From Octopus vulgaris (taxonomy: Eukaryota), in NCBI GenBank assembly GCA_951406725.2, contig OX597824.1, forward strand, positions 57,908,001 to 57,972,000: DNA of 64,000 nucleotides, written 5' to 3'. Every line of letters begins with the position of its first letter. Position 1 is the first letter of the stretch. The position numbers were made by a program, and so were the translations under genes. The notes under the pieces were generated by a model. That model saw nothing but the letters and a program-made list of their open reading frames with translations. It did no database searches and had not been told where the DNA came from. Below are positions 15,240 to 27,848 of the stretch, piece by piece.

Positions 15240-15457
15240 TGAATTAGGGTAAACGTTTTTAATTTTTCACCTATTTCCGAATTACATTACTTGGCGGTTG
15301 GAGTTATGGCTGCTCTGTCTAGTGGACGAATGGCCTGTCAAGGCCATTCCTAAATTGTTATATATTTACATTTTAGTCTCATGACTATTTTTCTTTTCCA
15401 CTGGGCCGCTGGTAGTGATAAATTTCTATCGAATTTTTTACTACCCTAAATTGATTA

Positions 15458-15505
<48 letters not shown>

Positions 15506-15841
15506 GTATGTGTGTGTGTGCGTGTGCAAATTTTATTGAACGCTATCTTTATAGATCGCTACCCTCCGAGTTTCGAGTTGCCACATTCTCTAAATTCGGA
15601 GTAGCATTGTGAATTGAATTAAATGACTGCTATTGACCTCATTGTTATGATGACTAGACGGTGACCTTTTCAATTAGTAATGATCTGAGACTAAACAACA
15701 GCAATAGCGACGGGGATCTAATATTTATTTGTAGCTAAGATTTATCCTCTTCCAAGTCTCAAGGTTATTTTGAGCAAGCATTTATTCCTGAGTTTTCATA
15801 TTTTCAAACAAATAACAACCACCGGTGTGAAAGCCTAGAAT

Positions 15842-15912
15842 ATTGAAGTAGCAATTATGAATGAACCTAGACTGATTGAAGTAGCAATTATGAATGAACC
15901 TAGACTGATTGA
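15842..15912 (+). repeat. Perfect 33-bp tandem duplication
   Basis: attgaagtagcaattatgaatgaacctagactg twice, followed by attga. Confidence 0.95.
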
Positions 15913-18611
15913 GCCCCTAGACTGTAGCTTGATGTGTTAGACACAACAATCAAATCTTCCCTTACAATGAACGGACACATTAGATAATTTAGTTTTTCAT
16001 ACGACATTTTGTGTGAAAATCAAAAGACTGGATATTCAAGGTTGGACTGTCTTTAGTAATAGTTTTAATAAAACAGACAACAAAACAAACAGAAAACGAA
16101 AATGACCATTGCTTTAGGTGCAAACGTTATCAATCAATGGGACTTTTTCTGACAGAAACAAGGAAGCCTTACATTGCTGATCTATCTGCTGGAAACAGTA
16201 GCCAAATTTCCATCAAATCACATTATCCTATCTTATATCCTATATTAAATGATATAGTCTTAGATATGCACTGCTAGAAAGAAAAGCAGTAAGGTCACAG
16301 CTAGAATTCTCTCGTTCATAAGTCTGCTCCATTGGTGTTAAACTAAGTTAAACACCAATAGATGAATTTTATTTTTAAGAATGAAGCCGTCAAAATTATT
16401 GATAAAAACTATTGTTTGTTAAAATCTTTCACGATTCAGAATTTAGATTGCATTTTCCTTCAGTCAGTTCCTACCAACTACACTTAATAACGTTGTTGTT
16501 ATTGCTGTTCTTTAACTGCAGCTAAGAACTATTCAAGAGACCTTACAATCCCAAATAGCTAAGGTGTAACAATCCCAGTCAATACTAATATTAATTACAT
16601 TACGCTATACGTCCTTTCTTGAAGATGGCAGGTATGTTTTGAGAATGATACGGTTGCCGTTTCTAACAGACTGAGTGACCGGAAATTGAATGCATCATTG
16701 GTCCCACACATTTCGTTATGTGTATGTATCTGTTTGTTTCTGTACCTGTCTGAACGTGTGTGTGTACCTGTGCATCTATGCTTCAGCGTGGTGGTGATGT
16801 TCGGAATAACCTACACAAACAGTATAATTTTTGTAATTTCCCGAAAATCTGTGATTGCAGCGCAGTTTCGATTTTCGTTCCTCGTACCAGTCCGATTGAA
16901 ACAATCAGCGTTCTAATTGCATTCTTTTAAAGCTGGTACCAGTGAAACTAAAGAAGCCGTTTTTTAGAAATGGCCAAGGTATTTTTAAGCATTATTATCG
17001 TGCAGTTGTGGTAAAATCTCAGGAAGATGTGCCGGCGAAAGAGTTTCAATTCCTGGTAGAGTCACTTCATTTAAATAGCAACTCCTATCTTTCCAGAGCT
17101 GCAAAGATTCACATCTTTGAATCGTGATAACTTCTTCAAATTACTTAGAATGTCTCACAAAAGAAACCAAACACTCAGTATTCGGCAATACGAGAATGAT
17201 ATAGTGTTCAAAAAAGCCTTACGCGTTCGTGTGTGTATGTGCTTGTGACTGTCTTTGTGTTCTTGTAACAATGTGTATATTTATGAGTGTATATATGACA
17301 TTATCTGTCTATGCCTGATTGTGCTTGTGTGTCTTTCAATATTGTATGTGTGACTGCGTCTACTTATAAGTGTATGTGTTGTGTTATGTCCGTCTTTATA
17401 TGTCTATATACAAGTGTATGTATATCTGAGTGTGTATATACATATACGTGTGTATCTGGGTGTGTTTGTTTCACTGTTTATGCATGTAATTACACACACA
17501 TACACAAAAATGTACTAATATGTATGTAACTACACTTGTGTATGTGTCTGTTTGTGTGTATAAACTGTGTCTGATGAATATGTATGTTTATATTAGCACT
17601 TGAACTTAATATAATTAAAGGTTTACAATTACACAGTGTACTAAAATATGCATACATCTCTGATAATAATTAGATTAATGAAAGATACACGCACGCACAC
17701 TCACACACACAAGGAAATTGAACCCTCATCCACCATACCATCTTGCACCTAATAAACTTTACATTAAGCTGTCAAGGAAACATCTGATGAAATATTTAGA
17801 AATAGCAACAAAATATCTTCCAGATCATAACTTACCGTTTCATAAAAGGAAGGTTACAATGTATTACTGTGACTGAGATATAAACTAGTTGATCATGGTT
17901 GGAACGGCATTGCTTGACCAGCTATGACTTTGGGTTAAACAGCAAATTCTATTCTATTAATTCTATCAATCTTTCGTAACCAGCATCGCCATTATCTCCA
18001 GCACCAATACCATCACTATCTCCAACATTATAACCAACATCACCTCTAACAACCATATCACCACACCACGAGCACCAATGTTCTTTCCTCTACCGCTGCA
18101 TTCCTACTAGCATCACTACTAATATCATCACCAATACAACCACCACCAACAACTCCGTTAAACCAGTAATACCACCACACGAACTCCAGCACCTCTACGC
18201 CACTATTACAATCTCATAGTGACCATATAAGTTTAGGTAGTGGTGCTGGTGCTAAACCACGTTTTACATCTAAGAAACTGGTAAAGTTCATGGAATGCTC
18301 TTACATAGTTTTGGTCTATTTAGCATGGACCTGATGAAAAAGGTATATGTCTTCATGATATAGTGCAGATGGATCGAACCTGCAAACATGTCATTGCAAA
18401 GTGAACCTCTTAACCGCAAAGCAGCAAGTCTTATCCCACTCTAGTGTCCGCGACAAAATAAAATCTAGTTATGAACACCTCGACTTTGTAGACTATCGTA
18501 CATAGAATCTCATACCAGTGTATACATGTGTGTGTGTATAAATATATATATATCTACATATATATATATATACACACATATACATATACATATTTCTACA
18601 TATACACATAT

Positions 18612-18650
<39 letters not shown>

Positions 18651-18924
18651 TGCACATATATGTACGTGGATATGTGAATGTATATTCACATGCGTGTATC
18701 CACATATGCACGCGCGCGGTGGCCCATGTTCCGCATCAGTTACTTAGCCGTGGCTGCTTTTCTCTGCACTTTAATCAAGTTATCGACATCAAGTTATCGA
18801 CTCCCCACTCTCTGTTTAAATATGGATTAAAATATATGTGTGTGTTGTGTGTGTATTTTGTGAGTGTGTGCGCGTGCGTGTGTGTGTGTGTATGTGTGTG
18901 TTGTGTGCGTGTGTGTGTTGTGTA

Positions 18925-19025
18925 ACAGAAAACATGACATTTCCCTTCCTCAAATCCCAGAGAACAATATCAAGTCTGTTAGCGTTAACATCGGACAGTT
19001 GTTTACACTGGAATGTTTCCATTTC
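18925..19025 (-). mobile_element. RLE-type LINE remnant
   Basis: Translation ...DVNANRLDIVLWDLRKG resembles the NRPDIVLWD motif of RLE domains. Confidence 0.5.
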
Positions 19026-19476
19026 TACTCTTTAAACGTATTTCTTGTGCCGGACTTATATATAAAATATAAAAAAGTCCTGGCATTTTTAGACTATTTA
19101 TTTTAGCGGTGTTCCTGCTTCACCAATAAATAAATCATAAATCACAGCTGAAAATATCTGACCTCTCTCTGTCTTACTATCATAATTATGCTACACAATG
19201 TTATAGTCATCTATCTTTACTTTAGTCTTATCAACTCTTTATTCTTTATTCCAATCTCTATTTCTTACTCTCTTTAACATTTATCTTTCAGACACATCTT
19301 CCCATTTCTTTCACTTATCGTCTCTATTGTATTTAGAGTTTCACTCTGAATAGGTCACTCCTCATCCCCGTATCCCTTGTTGCATTTTATGACCCACTTC
19401 TCTTCTTTCCCTATCTGTCTGTCTCTTGTCTCCTGTCTGTCTTTTACTCTCTCTCTCTCTCTCTGTCTGACTGGTA

Positions 19477-19520
<44 letters not shown>

Positions 19521-19602
19521 CATTTATAGACTTTTACTCGCGTTCGTCCATTCAAATGCCAACTCTCTTTAATCCTCACTCCAGCTGCTGTCTGTCTATC
19601 TG

Positions 19603-19686
<84 letters not shown>

Positions 19687-21579
19687 GTAAGCTAGCTAGT
19701 TATCCGTCTGTTTGACTCTTTCACTCACATATACAAGCGAACGCACCACTGATCTCTCTCTCTCTCTCTCTTTCTCTCTGTCTTTTCGACGCTCACACTT
19801 TTTCTTTCCAATCCGTAGCTGCAATTACTCCCTTCTTCGATTTCCCTCTCTCCATTCTCTCTCCTTGTATTCCTCTCTCCCCCTCCTCTCTCTCTCTCTC
19901 TCTCTTTATCTGTTTCATTATAACTCTCTTCATCTCAGACATAACTGAAACGAGATTTATTTCATGTGAAGTCATTTATATATTTACAAAGTACTCAGAT
20001 CGGTTTCGTGATAGCGGTGTGTGTATGTATGTATATGTAGATAAGTGTATGCATATGTATGCTCGTACACTGCCTGTCTATATGTGCATATCTATCTTTA
20101 CGCATGTGTGAGATGTGTTTAGCTAGCTGTTATATAATTAATGTATCTGCGTTATCTAACTTATGTTTGTGTGTATTTTACCTAAGCATATGTGAGTGTA
20201 TTTCACATATATGTATGCGCGTGCATAAATGCATATACTTACACACACACACACACACACACATAAATATTTTAAAATATTTTAAATGATCTTTCAAAAT
20301 ATCAGCCATCTAGTCAGTTAAAACACCATCATTCCACCATTTACCCATTTATATAGACAACAATGTTATACTCGCCACCTCCACCTGTGCATAGCACTGT
20401 TTCTCTTCCAACACCAGCTACTATTCTGGCCTTGGTTTATCATCTTTAACTATCCAAATACCGATCATGTTGCTAACCAATGGCGTCTTGGCTAACTCTT
20501 ACACATCATCACGAGAGTAATTCACTAGTTTTATTTACTCTTAAGACCCGTACTGAACCTATATTCGGATTTCTGTGACTTGTCGATTCTTCAAGCAACA
20601 ATTATTTGAAAATGTATGATGTACCGTGACAAATCCATTGCATTGGCTAAACTAAAACATGTGATTACTTTGCATCTGTTACCCTGGATAGTTTCAAAAT
20701 TCTACTCTCAAAATGAAATGGCTAACTTGAAAGCATGACTCGAAAATGTAATTCCAAGCGAAGGAAGAGCTATTTTCAGTTGTCTGGCTTCACCTTAAAA
20801 GACAATGTAATATAAGTTCTTCAGTCACTAACTATCATCTTTCGAATGCATTTAATTTCATAATTATGCAGTACGATAATATATTGAGTACCTTTTCTCA
20901 CATTTACCATGAAAAAAATGTTCGTGTGTGTGTATAGGTACACACACACGCACACACACACACACACACACACAGACACATCTTTTTCTCATGTTTTTAT
21001 CCAAGATAGAAGTAGACACCAACGTCTCATACAGTTGGCTTAAAATTGTTAGAAAATATAACTCACTTAACTTGAAACCAGTGGTAGCCTGGTTAACCCA
21101 GAAATGAATATTTATTCACCAATGCGGCATTAATCATTCATTCTCACCTTTCGATGTATGTGTGTGTGTGTGTGTGTACTAACATACTAAAAGACGCACA
21201 CACACGCACAAACACCCCCCCCAAACACACACACACATACACATGCTCTCAGACATACCACCGTATTTGATACGGAAATATTCCGTCAAAACTGTCTTAC
21301 TATATTCTCCATCCATTTCTCTCTTGGCTCTATGTCTTCCTGTCAGATTGCAATATCACTACGTGTGTTGATATGGTTCCCTCTGGTTGACATACTATCA
21401 ACTCATGTTATAGCCCCCTACATTTTTCTTTCCTGAGCATCAACGACCTACTTATCCCCACTTATAACAAGACTGATTCCTACCCAGATGACACCACCCG
21501 TAATTCCTCTCTAGCCTTCTGAATATTTGATGTACATGTAAGCTTAACTCCTCAAATCAAATCTACTTTCTCTCCCCAC

Positions 21580-21611
<32 letters not shown>

Positions 21612-22019
21612 CTCTGAAGAGATACCTGAAAAACATTCTTCACCGAAGCCAGGAGATTCTTGTTTTCTTTAATAGCTGAAAAACACAATTCAGAAGAATA
21701 TCAACCGCTTTAACGTAACCAACAAATAACTGAGAAACTCGGGCCATATCTGAAAGAAATCCAGACTCGCAGACAAACTCCAGTCTCTGGCCCTCAGACA
21801 TATTGTTTCATCACTATTCCTTTCCTACAGCAACTACAGAGGCCTTACTTCTCGGAAATGGCAAGTCGTGTCGCGTTTCACGACACACTCGACTCTCGTA
21901 TTTTTTCACATACACACACACAGATAGAGAGAAAGAAAGAGAGAGCTACATACACACACATATATATACATATGTACACACACACACAAACACATATTAT
22001 TTTCAGGATAATATGTAAA

Positions 22020-22671
22020 CAACATGGAATACGAAAACAAATAAGTTCAATACGCAAACAACGAGAAAAACAAATGGAAAACAGGACAAGTAACACAAAG
22101 AACGACCCTTCATCAGTTGTCGGGTGTCTATCTACTTCTCATTTCGAACATTGAACGATTATATGAGTCTTCGAATGCAGTTGCTCCCATAAAAAATAAA
22201 ATTTTGGATTTATGGAGGGTCAAATTTGGGAACAAAAACAGGACAGTGGAGATATACAATGAAACCGAACGAAAACAAACATGGAGGGTCGTTAGACTAG
22301 AACGAGGGTAAAATAGCGAATGCTGGAGAAATATTTTCTTTGATAAGAGAAAAGATAGAAGAGAGAGACAGAAGACGACCAATCCTTCGAACGTCCTGGA
22401 GGAGAAGAAAGATGGTCACGCGAGGAATAGAAAGATGGACGATGGTCACGTTTGTGCAACGAGAGATGGAAAAGAGAAAGAGGGAGAGAGAGAGACAGGT
22501 AGAAAAAAGTGAAGAGGAGAAAAAGGAAATTAGAGAAGGATGGGGAAGAAAACATAGAGTAGAGTCGCATCAAAAAGGGTAAGATAAGCTTACTTGGAAA
22601 TGGATGCGTGGTTTTCAATCAAATAGTAATATAGACAATATATATATATATGCATACACACACACACACAC

Positions 22672-22768
<97 letters not shown>

Positions 22769-22915
22769 TGCATATATGGGTACAGGACGTCACCAACAGT
22801 AAACAGCATGAAGTACGAAAACAAATGAGTTAAATACGCAAACAACGAGAGAAAAATGGAAAACAGGACAAGTAACGCAAAGAACAACCCTCCATCGGTG
22901 TTTCTACTTCTCATA
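22020..22915 (-). repeat. Two related ~110-130-bp segments (22020-22145 and 22805-22913), probably partial-tandem remnants of a PLE pLTR
   Basis: Both contain tacgaaaacaaat...aatacgcaaacaacgag...ggaaaacaggacaagtaac...aaagaac. The first carries CTGATGA on the minus strand (about 22111-22117) with no recognisable downstream GAAA arm. Confidence 0.55.
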
Positions 22916-23029
22916 TGTGTGTGTATGTGAACACAGAAACTATTCGATCAGAATATTACGCATACTGATCGAATTTTCCGTGTGTTGACATGTACCTCCT
23001 TACGACAATGTATACTTCATTTAATCAAG

Positions 23030-23129
23030 ATATCCTTAGCCTGAAGAGTAGCCTGCGGTATACACCTCGCTTGGATATTTACCACTTCCGGGGTTTCCAC
23101 TAGCTATGAAACATATATAGCCCGGATAT
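23030..23129 (+). ncRNA. Degenerate type I hammerhead ribozyme motif
   Basis: atatccttagc-CTGAAGA-gtagc...gctat-GAAA-catata-TA-gcccggatat. Stem II gtagc/gctat pairs and the outer stem I atatcc/ggatat pairs. Confidence 0.6.
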
Positions 23130-23573
23130 TATCTGCTCCATTCGTTAACTCATGTGTATATATGTGTGTAGGTGAATGTGTAAGTGAGCTGATTTATATA
23201 CGCTATCAATGTAAGTATCAAATATGTTTGCAGTGTATATATCAATATGTAGAGAGATGTTTATTTTTATACACACACACACATATACACATACACACAT
23301 TAATACTGTAAATACGTATATACATATGCATCAATGTACATATGTCTATGTTATGTGTATATACGTGCGCGTGTGTGTGTATAGACTATATTATATGCAA
23401 TTATTTTATGTATAATAATATTATTGCACATCATATTTAATATTATATTAAATGAATATAAAGACGGCAAAATGACAGAATAGTTAGGGAAAATGCTTAG
23501 CGGCATTTCTTCCAGTTGTTTACGTTCTGAGTTCAAATTACACTGAGGTCGACTATGAAATAATATAAATATA

Positions 23574-23790
23574 TTTTACTTGTTTCAGTTATTAGACTGC
23601 GGCCATGCTGGGGCACCGCCTTGAAGAATTTTTAATCGAATGAGTCGACCCCTGATCTCTTACTTTTATAGCTTGGTACTTATTCTATTGGTCCTTTCGG
23701 CTGAGCCGCTAGGTTACGGGAACGAACACGACCCAACACAGACTGTCAAGTAGTGCTGGGGAACAAGCACAGACACAAAGACACACACAT
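23574..23790 (-). mobile_element. SINE family A, 3' half
   Basis: ttttacttgtttcagt...ctgcggccatgctggggcaccgcc is the reverse complement of the family A tail. Confidence 0.8.
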
Positions 23791-23814
23791 ACCCACATAT
23801 AATGTGTGTGTGTG

Positions 23815-24960
23815 TATAATCTAAAAATAGAATTCCCATTTATAGATGCAGGTTTATATAGAGATGACGGCCTTATAGCCACGCATAATCTAAACGGCCA
23901 TGAATCAGATAGACTTAGGAAGGACCTTATTGCTTTCTTTCAAAGGAAGGGCTTACGGGTTACAATAGATGCTAACCTGAATAGTGTAGATTTTTTAGAC
24001 GTAAATTTTAATGCAAGGTCGGAGAGATTTAAACCTTTCCGTAAGCCCAATGAAAAGCTATCGTATATTAGCAAAGATTCGAACCATCCACCAGTTATCC
24101 TTAGGAACTTAGTCAGCAATGTAGGTAGAATATCTTCAACTTCTTCGGACGAGGCAGCATTCCATAATGCTGCACCTTATTACGATAGCGCATTAAAGAA
24201 TAGTGGATTCTCTGAGAAGATCCAATACAGCCAGCTTAATGCTAATAATAATGCTGCACGAAGAACTAGGACCAGGAAAGTTTTGTGGTTCAACCCGGCT
24301 TTCAATTTGGCCGTAAAGACTAATATAGGTAAGGAATTTTTGAGATTAGTCTCTAAGCATTTTAAGCAGGGCCATAAATTTTATAGGATATTTAATAGAA
24401 GAAACCTGAAGGTTAGCTATTCTTGTTGCAGAAATTTCGCCTCTTACATTAGCCAGCATAATAGGAATCTGATTGAGATTAAACATGGTGCCGAGCCCAT
24501 TAAGAAATTCAATTTCAAAAATGAAACCTCCTGTCCGTTAGAAGGGAAATGTCTAGTAAAAGGAGTAGTTTATAGAGCCAAGGTACAAATAGAAGGCTCA
24601 TCGGAATACAAGACATATACAGGGGCTTCAGAAAATTCGTTTAAAACACGATTTTATTCGCATAAAAATTCATTTAGATACCCAGAGAATAGGAAGAGGA
24701 CCAGCCTAGCGAAATAAGTCTGGGAACTAAAAGAAAAGGAAACCCCACTTTTCAATGTGACATGGAGCATTCTGGACAGAGCGGCACCATACAGGCATGG
24801 AGCACACAGGAATAATTTTAAATGCAATCTTTGCCTATTAGAGAAACTGCATATTTTATTCAAAGACAATAATTCTTTGAATCAAAGAAGTGAGCTGAGG
24901 AACTTATGTAGACACGCAACCAAATTTAAAATGTCAAATATAAATATACCATATGGATAG
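23815..24960 (+). pseudogene. 5'-truncated Penelope-like retrotransposon ORF (RT C-terminus + GIY-YIG), Naiad-like
   Basis: GLYRDDGL RT motif, VDFLDVNF, SNHPP, WFNPAF, KVSYSC, CPLEGKC...VVYRA...YTGASENSFKTRF (GIY-YIG), then after one in-frame TAA at 24715-24717 WELK...CNLCLLEK...LNQRSEL...CRH. The YRDDG and terminal CRH motifs fit the Naiad clade. Confidence 0.9.
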
Positions 24961-26129
24961 AGTATATATTTTGTATTTTTGATTTTTGAAATTTTGATTT
25001 TGACTCTTGGACTAGTATGTAAACGCGACGATGGATTTGTTTCGCGCTATGCAGATTTCATTCCGTATAGCAAAGTCTCATGCATATATTTTGTTTATTT
25101 TGTTTATATTTCCACATATACCTTAGGAAAAACCTTCGGCTTTGTTTATTTCATGGTATTGTATTGTATAGGCTTACTTTAATTTTTAATTTATAGATGA
25201 TCCAAAATAGGGTGTTATATTTTATATGTCTTTCGTATATTTTTCATTATTACAATCAACATTTTTTTAAAAAAGCAATGTTGTCAAAAATTAGAATTTT
25301 GATGTAAATATGTGTATAGCCATGGATATGTATTTGTAAGCATGCGTCTCTGTGTATGTGTAAGTGAGCGTATGTTTGTGCTTAAGCACACACATACACG
25401 ACTGTATGTGTATGTATCCACTTGAACTTGTGTGTTTGTATACTTGTCTCTATATATATGTCAATAACGTGGTTACACAGCTTGTATACATAATTTTTCT
25501 TATTTCGTTTTTTCTCCACCCCGCCTTTTTCTTTTTTTCTTTCCCCCTTCTTCGTTCCTTTTTCTCTCTCTTCCTTTCTTTCGTTTTTTTCTCTAACTAT
25601 ATGATACTGGTGCATACAACTTTACGTCGCCCTCACTTACTTATGTCTTAAGCTTTGCTCCGTAAATATGGAACGCTACATTAGCATCCATGATTTTAAC
25701 TTGCGTGCTAGATAGATTGCGTATATATATGTATGCATGCATTTGTGTGTATATTTTAAATTTATATTTATACGTCTGTATATGTATGGCGTTTGCACGC
25801 ATCCTTCTATGTATGTTGATATATATATGTACACTTTAATATGAATATGTATTGCAGTGTAATATTTATAATGCATTTTAATTTCCATGTATTAATTATA
25901 TTTCCTCCATTAACGTCAATATGTATTTTATTCAATGTAAGGTTTTTCCTCGAATCTTATAATTTTTATAATTTTTTTATATATATATACATATATATTT
26001 TTGAGCTCATTTTTTGTTTATCGCTCGAAGATTGACCGTTATTTCTAAAGGGCCAATCAAACAAGTCCATTTTTTAAAGGTGTAGCGTTTGTAAGAGTCT
26101 GGATTGAATTGATATATCGGTTCCATTCT

Positions 26130-26183
26130 AACAAAAACTGTCTGATGAACGGCAACGAGAAACTCAGAGTAACAGATTTTGTT
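26130..26183 (+). ncRNA. Minimal type I hammerhead ribozyme
   Basis: aacaaaaactgt-CTGATGA-acg(gcaa)cga-GAAA-ctcagag-TA-acagattttgtt. Stem I ctgt/acag plus aacaaaa/ttttgtt. GUA triplet. The stem II closing pair is mismatched. Confidence 0.75.
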
Positions 26184-26243
26184 GAATTTTCTGCTGCTTT
26201 AAATAAAGTATATATATATATATATATATATTTATTATATAAG

Positions 26244-26301
<58 letters not shown>

Positions 26302-26580
26302 ACAGGGTTCTTTCAGTTTCTGTCTATCGGTCCATTCCGAAGGATTTGGTCGGCCCTAGGCTATAGTTGAAGACACTTGTCGAAGGTGTCACTCAGTGAA
26401 ATTGAACTCGGGGACGTGGTTGGGAAGCAAGCTTCTTACCGCACAGTCATGTATGTATGCATGTATATATATATATATATATATATATAGTCAATAATAA
26501 TAAGGTTAAAATTAACTAATAATTTTACCAAGCAGTGTTCAGTATGTAAAAGGACCATTTACGGTATATTTAAACATTAC

Positions 26581-26714
26581 TTTATATAATTAGGGTTCAG
26601 CAAAAAATGGGAGACTCTTCTTATAGTAGGAGAAATAGCTAAATTCTTTGGCTGCTATTTCTAAAAGTTCGGTGTGTGGTAAAGTAAACTTTTTTGCTGA
26701 ACCCTAATTATATA

Positions 26715-26716
<2 letters not shown>
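26581..26716. repeat. 27-bp perfect inverted repeat with an ~82-bp spacer
   Basis: tttatataattagggttcagcaaaaaa (26581-26607) / ttttttgctgaaccctaattatataaa (26690-26716), inside a (TA)n-flanked block. Confidence 0.85.
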
Positions 26717-26761
<45 letters not shown>

Positions 26762-26855
26762 GGAGTAAACACATAAATGTGAAACAAGGTGGAAAAAAGA
26801 GTACTCAAATACCAGAGGCAGAGTAATATGCTTTATTTAAAAGCAGCAGAAATTT

Positions 26856-26910
26856 AACAAAACTGTCCGACGAACGGGAACGTGAAACTCCGAGTAACAG
26901 CTTTTGTTAA
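26856..26910 (+). ncRNA. Minimal type I hammerhead ribozyme (same family as 26130), with U4 replaced by C
   Basis: aacaaaactgt-CCGACGA-acg(ggaa)cgt-GAAA-ctccgag-TA-acagcttttgtt. Confidence 0.75.
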
Positions 26911-26924
26911 ATTTTTGCTGTTTC

Positions 26925-26964
<40 letters not shown>

Positions 26965-27810
26965 GAAAATATATCAATCATCCGTTGAGTTGCAACAAAT
27001 TTCGGTTTGTGAGTGTATATATTTTATGTTAACCTCTTTTCAAATATACATGAATATATATATAAACTGGCGCTTGAACATGGAAACATACACTACTTAT
27101 GTTCTTATACACGTATAAGTTTACTAAGGACATTTCCGATATATGTATAATTGTATTAATATATTTATACGTGTGTGACTGACACTGATGTAATTTGCTC
27201 TCAGTCTGTCAGTGTATGTACATGTGTGTGTGTGTATGTTGTATATGTGGTATGAATATGAATATGTTGAGTGTCAGTCCGTGTATGCGAATGTTTGTGT
27301 GGGCGGTCTGTGGGGTCAGTATAGATGTTTAGTGTCCACTCAGGCCAGGTTAGTTTAGAACATTGGCATTGGTAATTCCCTTATATCCCACCATATGTGT
27401 GTGCGGGGGATGTATGTTTATGTATTCATATATGTATATATACTACACACACATGCACGCATGCACATACACAAACATACACACACACACACACGCACGC
27501 ACGCACACACATACACACACGTGTGTGTTAAGATTATTCTAGAAAGTATATCTTCCTCATGTTAAGTTAAAAAAATACACAAAACGTACTAGATATGGAA
27601 GCATAAAATAAAAAAAACTACACCGCTAAGCCACACCCACCCTCCACCACCATGACCACCACCTCAAACATACGCAAAAATATTTTTAAATTAGTGAAAA
27701 TCACATGAAATATAGACAAAGTAAATCAAAACAAAAATTGCAAACATAAATAGACATATACATATACACTTAAAATGTATATATGGATGCATTATATATA
27801 TATATCTATA

Positions 27811-27848
<38 letters not shown>

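Larger units (their letters stand above)
14546..15459 (+). mobile_element. Non-coding Penelope-style insertion: 5' inverted segment plus partial tandem repeat (unit ~476 bp) carrying an HHR
   Basis: 14546-14810 is the reverse complement of about 15101-15365. 14811-14984 is directly repeated at 15287-15459. Flanked by (TA)n on both sides. Confidence 0.85.

Noticed and set aside
17565-17810. CTGATGA motifs at 17571 and 17784 (also 28863 and 28907)
   Set aside because: No convincing stem II-GAAA-stem III-UH arrangement follows them.
21605-21700. CTGAAGA...GAAA...TC hammerhead-like spacing
   Set aside because: The stems are too degenerate to call, so it is kept only as a weak candidate.
24715-24717. 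In-frame stop in the Naiad-like ORF as possible selenocysteine recoding
   Set aside because: The codon is TAA, not TGA, and sits at a position where Tyr or His is expected. No SECIS was identified.
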